A stretch of 64,000 nucleotides of DNA from a virus: positions 106,106-170,105 of the IMG/VR virus record IMGVR_UViG_3300046010_015054. One strand, given 5' to 3'. How positions within the stretch are numbered: position 1 is the stretch's first letter; each line of letters opens with the position of its first letter. Of this stretch, positions 60,427-64,000 are shown piece by piece. The position numbers were made by a program, and so were the translations under genes. The notes under the pieces were generated by a model. It did not search any database. It saw only the letters and a list, made by a program, of their open reading frames with translations, and was not told the DNA's origin.

Positions 60427-61643
60427 TATATAGTTCGTACAGAATTAGATAATAATGTTTGTAAACGTCCTTGTATGCTTCTAAATGCTATATTACTTAC
60501 TTGAGCTGCACTTCTTGTAGGTTCTAAAGGAACACCTGGGGTTAAGGTAGTCTGAAGTGATAAGTTTTGGGTTAAAGTGATTAATTCGTTAAGAATATCA
60601 CTAAGTACATTTACAGTATCATTACCATATAAAACTTGTTGAGTAGCATTTTTAGATCCTAAATAAACATCATTTCCTTGTAGAGTTATAGGACCCGTTG
60701 TATCAAAATTTATAGATTCAACTGCTGTAAATCCTATAGATTTTTGAGAAGAAAATAATAAATGATCTTGTGTTGTGTTGAATACTAATCGACCAGAATT
60801 TAAAATAATTTGCTTTCCAGCATATTGATCTGGGGCTGTAGGTTTAGCATTATCTGGATAGCTATAGTATTGGTTAATTTCAACTGCTTTAGATTGTAAT
60901 GGAATTTTTTGTGTACTTGCTAAATAAATTGAAGCATCATCACCATTTATTATATCAGTTTGAGGAACCCATGCAGGATCATTGGTATTAACCTGACCAT
61001 TTCTAATAATTGTAATAGGACTACCTACGGGTCCAACTGAGGACCAAGGATTTGCTTGAGGATTTTCAGCAGTACTTCCAAATCTAATACCTTGACCCCA
61101 CCTACCCTCATAAATTATATCTCCAGGATAGGCTCTAGATGGGTGAATATTATTTTGTTCTTCAAAACCAGGTCCTAAATCTAAAGCAGGTTCTTGATCT
61201 TCAATAACATTGCCTACACCTTGAAATGAAGTAAGATAATTTTTCTTTGTTTGAAGATTAGGATCTAAAGGATTTGGAGTTGCGTTTTGATGTGGTGTAT
61301 TCCAAAGATTAAAAACAGAAATATAATAAGATTTAAAATCCGAAACGTTTGTTTGACCTGTGATTTTATCTAAGCCTTGAACAAGTAAAACAACCTCATT
61401 TTTTAAAGGATATTGTTTAATATTTGGATAAAACGGACTAGCAATGTTGTATGTACCAAAAGAAACCCCTAAAGGATCTCTTACAAGTTCAAATTCTATT
61501 GTACCAATTGAAGTCCAACCTCCATATTGTTTAAATTTTGGATGAGTATCATCTAAGATAATATCTATAACTCTAACTGGGGTGAGTAGAGTTTCAATGT
61601 AAAAATTGGATTTTTGATTATCTTTTATAAAGGGGCTACCCAT
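60426..61643 (-). CDS. Baseplate hub/central spike protein (gp5/VgrG-like)
   Basis: OB-fold-like N-terminus (G.I.F..YPL.NEVV), GDIIYEGRWGQGIRFGST, beta-repeat region, V.LG...V.YG. Confidence 0.55.
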   Translation of the reverse strand: MGSPFIKDNQKSNFYIETLLTPVRVIDIILDDTHPKFKQYGGWTSIGTIEFELVRDPLGVSFGTYNIASPFYPNIKQYPLKNEVVLLVQGLDKITGQTNVSDFKSYYISVFNLWNTPHQNATPNPLDPNLQTKKNYLTSFQGVGNVIEDQEPALDLGPGFEEQNNIHPSRAYPGDIIYEGRWGQGIRFGSTAENPQANPWSSVGPVGSPITIIRNGQVNTNDPAWVPQTDIINGDDASIYLASTQKIPLQSKAVEINQYYSYPDNAKPTAPDQYAGKQIILNSGRLVFNTTQDHLLFSSQKSIGFTAVESINFDTTGPITLQGNDVYLGSKNATQQVLYGNDTVNVLSDILNELITLTQNLSLQTTLTPGVPLEPTRSAAQVSNIAFRSIQGRLQTLLSNSVRTI

Positions 61644-61972
61644 TATTTATTGAATTTTTCTATTTCAGCTAATAGTTGTTGTTTTTCTTCTTCAGAAATA
61701 GTTAAAGATTCACCTACACTTTCGGCTGCTAATGCTCTTTGAGCTAGGGCTGCCATTTTTATAAGAAGGTCGTCATTTTTAACCCCGATTTCAAGATATT
61801 CTTTAATTAGAGGTACTAAAAGTGTAGCATCTCCAATATCTTCAATCATTTCTTTCAACTCGTTAACAAGAGTCGAAACTTGTTTTTCTTTTTTCTTTTG
61901 GTTATTGTAGATTTCTTCCAAAACATTGGAAAAAGTCTTGGTCCCAAAAACAATTTTATCGAGTTGACTCAT
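61643..61972 (-). CDS. Hypothetical helical protein; start re-assigned to MSQLDK
   Basis: The ATATTTAT motif at 61984-61991 lies inside the track's N-terminal extension. Confidence 0.55.
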   Translation of the reverse strand: MSQLDKIVFGTKTFSNVLEEIYNNQKKKEKQVSTLVNELKEMIEDIGDATLLVPLIKEYLEIGVKNDDLLIKMAALAQRALAAESVGESLTISEEEKQQLLAEIEKFNK

Positions 61973-61983
61973 ACTTTTTGTGT

Positions 61984-61991
61984 ATAAATAT
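61984..61991 (-). promoter_or_regulatory. ATATTTAT putative late promoter
   Basis: Immediately after the sigma-like gene; heads the baseplate module. Confidence 0.65.
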
Positions 61992-61995
61992 TGAG

Positions 61996-62703
61996 TCAAG
62001 CAAACCTTACAACACCCGTGTCTAAATAAATAAGGTAAGCTTTCTGAAAAATTGCATAGAGGCGATTTGCTATTTTGGTAATTTGAGGAGTTTTAACATC
62101 AATCACCATTTCTCTAATGTAGATGTATAATGCTTTTTTGTTAAATACATCTAAATTTTCTCTTTTTCTAAAGAGTTCTAAAATAGCATCCGCAATTTGG
62201 GCGTCTGTTTCTTTAGGGAAGTGTTCAAATAGATTTTCTGTAGCATAGTTACAGAATTCATCTATAAAGAAAGATAATTTTTCTATATTGGGGCGTTCCT
62301 CATCAATAGTATACGAATGATTTTCATTTGTATATAATTCCTCAACAGGAGTTTTTTCTATTTTACGTTTGTAGTTTTTGGTATTTGAGATAATTAAATA
62401 TCTCTTTACAATTGTACCAAAATATGAATATGCCTTTGCTCCTCTTTCAGGATTAAATAAATGCATTTTAGTTAATAGAAATGCAATAATTTCATGTTGA
62501 AGATCCTCAATATTATCTACTTCAGTATGGTAGAATTTAAATGTGTGGATTATATTTTCGGTTAACTTGAAAAAAGCGTAGTGAATTTTTTCGTGGTATA
62601 TTTTTTCTTTTGTAGAAAAATCCAATGCTAAATTATAAGCTACTATTGCATCCTCGGTCTCCTGTGTAAAGTATTGAACACCTTTTTTTGGTTTAACATC
62701 CAT
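61996..62703 (-). CDS. Phage sigma factor, T4 gp55-like late sigma candidate
   Basis: N-terminal YFT, EDLQHE, FNPERGAKAYSYFGTIVKRYLI (sigma region 2-like; compare gp55 F.P...NPFAYFT). Confidence 0.6.
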   Translation of the reverse strand: MDVKPKKGVQYFTQETEDAIVAYNLALDFSTKEKIYHEKIHYAFFKLTENIIHTFKFYHTEVDNIEDLQHEIIAFLLTKMHLFNPERGAKAYSYFGTIVKRYLIISNTKNYKRKIEKTPVEELYTNENHSYTIDEERPNIEKLSFFIDEFCNYATENLFEHFPKETDAQIADAILELFRKRENLDVFNKKALYIYIREMVIDVKTPQITKIANRLYAIFQKAYLIYLDTGVVRFA

Positions 62704-62704
62704 A

Positions 62705-62977
62705 TTATCTTTTAAGTCTGTACTCTTTTAGTAGTTCGTTTAATAGTTTTAATCTTTCAAAAAAGAAACCTACCTCATCGTCAGAACTAAAAGTACCCTT
62801 TGTATCTATTTCCTGTACTCTTTTATTTATGAATTGTATAACCTCATCTATTTCATTGATGTGCTTCTCATAAGACACAACAACATCTTCTGCCTTCTCA
62901 TTTTTCTTAAGAAGGTTAAAGGTCGTGAATCCTAAGACCACGACCAGAACCGAAAGTATTATAATAGTTAATATCAT
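62705..62977 (-). CDS. Small membrane-anchored protein
   Basis: N-terminal TM segment; F.SDDEVG.FF. Confidence 0.6.
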   Translation of the reverse strand: MILTIIILSVLVVVLGFTTFNLLKKNEKAEDVVVSYEKHINEIDEVIQFINKRVQEIDTKGTFSSDDEVGFFFERLKLLNELLKEYRLKR

Positions 62978-63759
62978 AAATTGTCTAACATACTTCTTAA
63001 TCCTTCACTTTTTACTGAACTCAATGCTTTTTGTTTAGCCTGAGTGGGTTTAGGTGTAGGTTTCTGATTGTTTGAATTGAATGTACTACTACCTTTACTC
63101 TGAGGCACGGGATTTTTAAACTTAGGTAACCACTCCTGTTCAAACTCTATACGAGCTGCCATAAGATCTGCCTGGTGGATAATAAATGGTAAAGCTGTAC
63201 GTGGTTTTTGTTCTGGGAGATAACCCATAAGGTATTTCTTGTTAGCTTCATCATATAAACCATCATGTGTTTGGATGGCTACCATTTCATTAAAGCTATA
63301 AGAAACCCCATGAGACTGGAGGAGAAATAGTGAACGATCAGGAACTGAAGCAAATGATAGTTCTTTATTGAACATCCATTCTTCTCCTAATTTTTCTCTT
63401 CTCCATTGGTCAGTATTAGGAAGATAGGCTTCGTGTTGATCGTCACCCATTTTACCTAAATCGTGGTTTAAAGCGGAGAATACCAACTCTTCTTTAGTAT
63501 ATGTGGTAATGTCTGCTCCCATATCGGCCCACGTTTTATGAAGGGCTAGTGCGCATCTAATCACACGATTGACGTGATCTACATACCCACCTATAAAAGC
63601 ATTATGATATTCTTTTTTATGTGAAGCAGGCATCATTGAGATACGTTCTGCGTATTTCTCATAAAAAGCAAATAATTTTTCTTTTCTGGGTGATTGGATA
63701 TGATCTTGAATGTAACCTAAGAATTCAAGCCAATTTTTTTGGATTTGTTCTGCTTGCAT
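62974..63759 (-). CDS. HD-domain phosphohydrolase
   Basis: PAS...YH.A..GG..DH, HDLGK, HDG, HQAD. Confidence 0.85.
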   Translation of the reverse strand: MQAEQIQKNWLEFLGYIQDHIQSPRKEKLFAFYEKYAERISMMPASHKKEYHNAFIGGYVDHVNRVIRCALALHKTWADMGADITTYTKEELVFSALNHDLGKMGDDQHEAYLPNTDQWRREKLGEEWMFNKELSFASVPDRSLFLLQSHGVSYSFNEMVAIQTHDGLYDEANKKYLMGYLPEQKPRTALPFIIHQADLMAARIEFEQEWLPKFKNPVPQSKGSSTFNSNNQKPTPKPTQAKQKALSSVKSEGLRSMLDNL

Positions 63760-63765
63760 AAAAAC

Positions 63766-63939
63766 TTATTGGATATCTCTTTGGATCATATCTTTTATAT
63801 CTTGAAGTAAATCTTCAGCAGATGTGATTTGTTCTTGAAATTGTTGAGCAGTTGATTGGCGGGTAAGTAAAACACTCATAGTTTTTAATTTACCTTCGAT
63901 TTTTTCAATTTTTGAAATTGCTACTTCAGGAGTTCTCAT
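63766..63939 (-). CDS. Small hypothetical coiled-coil protein (57 aa); missing from the ORF track
   Basis: MRTPEVAISKIEKIEGKLK...DMIQRDIQ. Confidence 0.55.
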   Translation of the reverse strand: MRTPEVAISKIEKIEGKLKTMSVLLTRQSTAQQFQEQITSAEDLLQDIKDMIQRDIQ

Positions 63940-64000
63940 AATAATATATTTTAGGTTGAATGTACATAACCCCCCTTATCTCTCCTACCTTTCCTTCCCT

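Noticed and set aside
1-64000. Stop-codon recoding as in some large phages
   Set aside because: Code 11 gives dense full-length genes, and TAG ends genes at 10808 and 13665 at sensible boundaries.
1-64000. tRNA/rRNA genes, diversity-generating retroelement, integrase
   Set aside because: Intergenic gaps are short with no cloverleaf signatures, and no reverse transcriptase or recombinase motifs were seen.

Overview
This is a 64-kb segment of a large T4-like (myovirus-type) bacteriophage. It is AT-rich, uses the standard code, and every credible gene is on the minus strand. In transcription order (right to left) it holds: HD hydrolase, a gp55/sigma-like factor, baseplate module (gp5-like hub, gp25, gp6, gp7-like, tail-collar-type paralogues), a Gly-Thr-Ser repeat protein, GIY-YIG protein, primase, PD-(D/E)XK exonuclease, a ~13-kb block of acidic/basic probable internal-head proteins, a small metabolic block (metallophosphoesterase, ferritin-like, FAD oxidoreductase, cupins, P-loop kinase), a spanin-like pair, terminase, portal, prohead protease, scaffold, major capsid protein, an amidinotransferase / PSD-like decarboxylase / PhoH cassette, neck and tail-terminator proteins, a 2642-aa Gly-(S/T)-S repeat fibre, and a truncated Gly-Pro-X collagen fibre. 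A Bacteroidota host is likely (Hc1-type histone-like gene, A-rich leaders without Shine-Dalgarno), but this is inference. The main observations are: (i) an [S/T]-G-S motif enriched in outward-facing virion proteins, which with giant Ser/Thr triplet arrays and a late-expressed decarboxylase/amidinotransferase cassette suggests a phage-encoded virion-modification system; (ii) a 1x/2x/3x graded super-period in the giant fibre; (iii) an ATATTTAT motif before 17 genes; (iv) head-cargo polyproteins punctuated by gp21-type cleavage sites; (v) a riboswitch-like leader. All functional calls come from motif recognition by eye; no database search was run.
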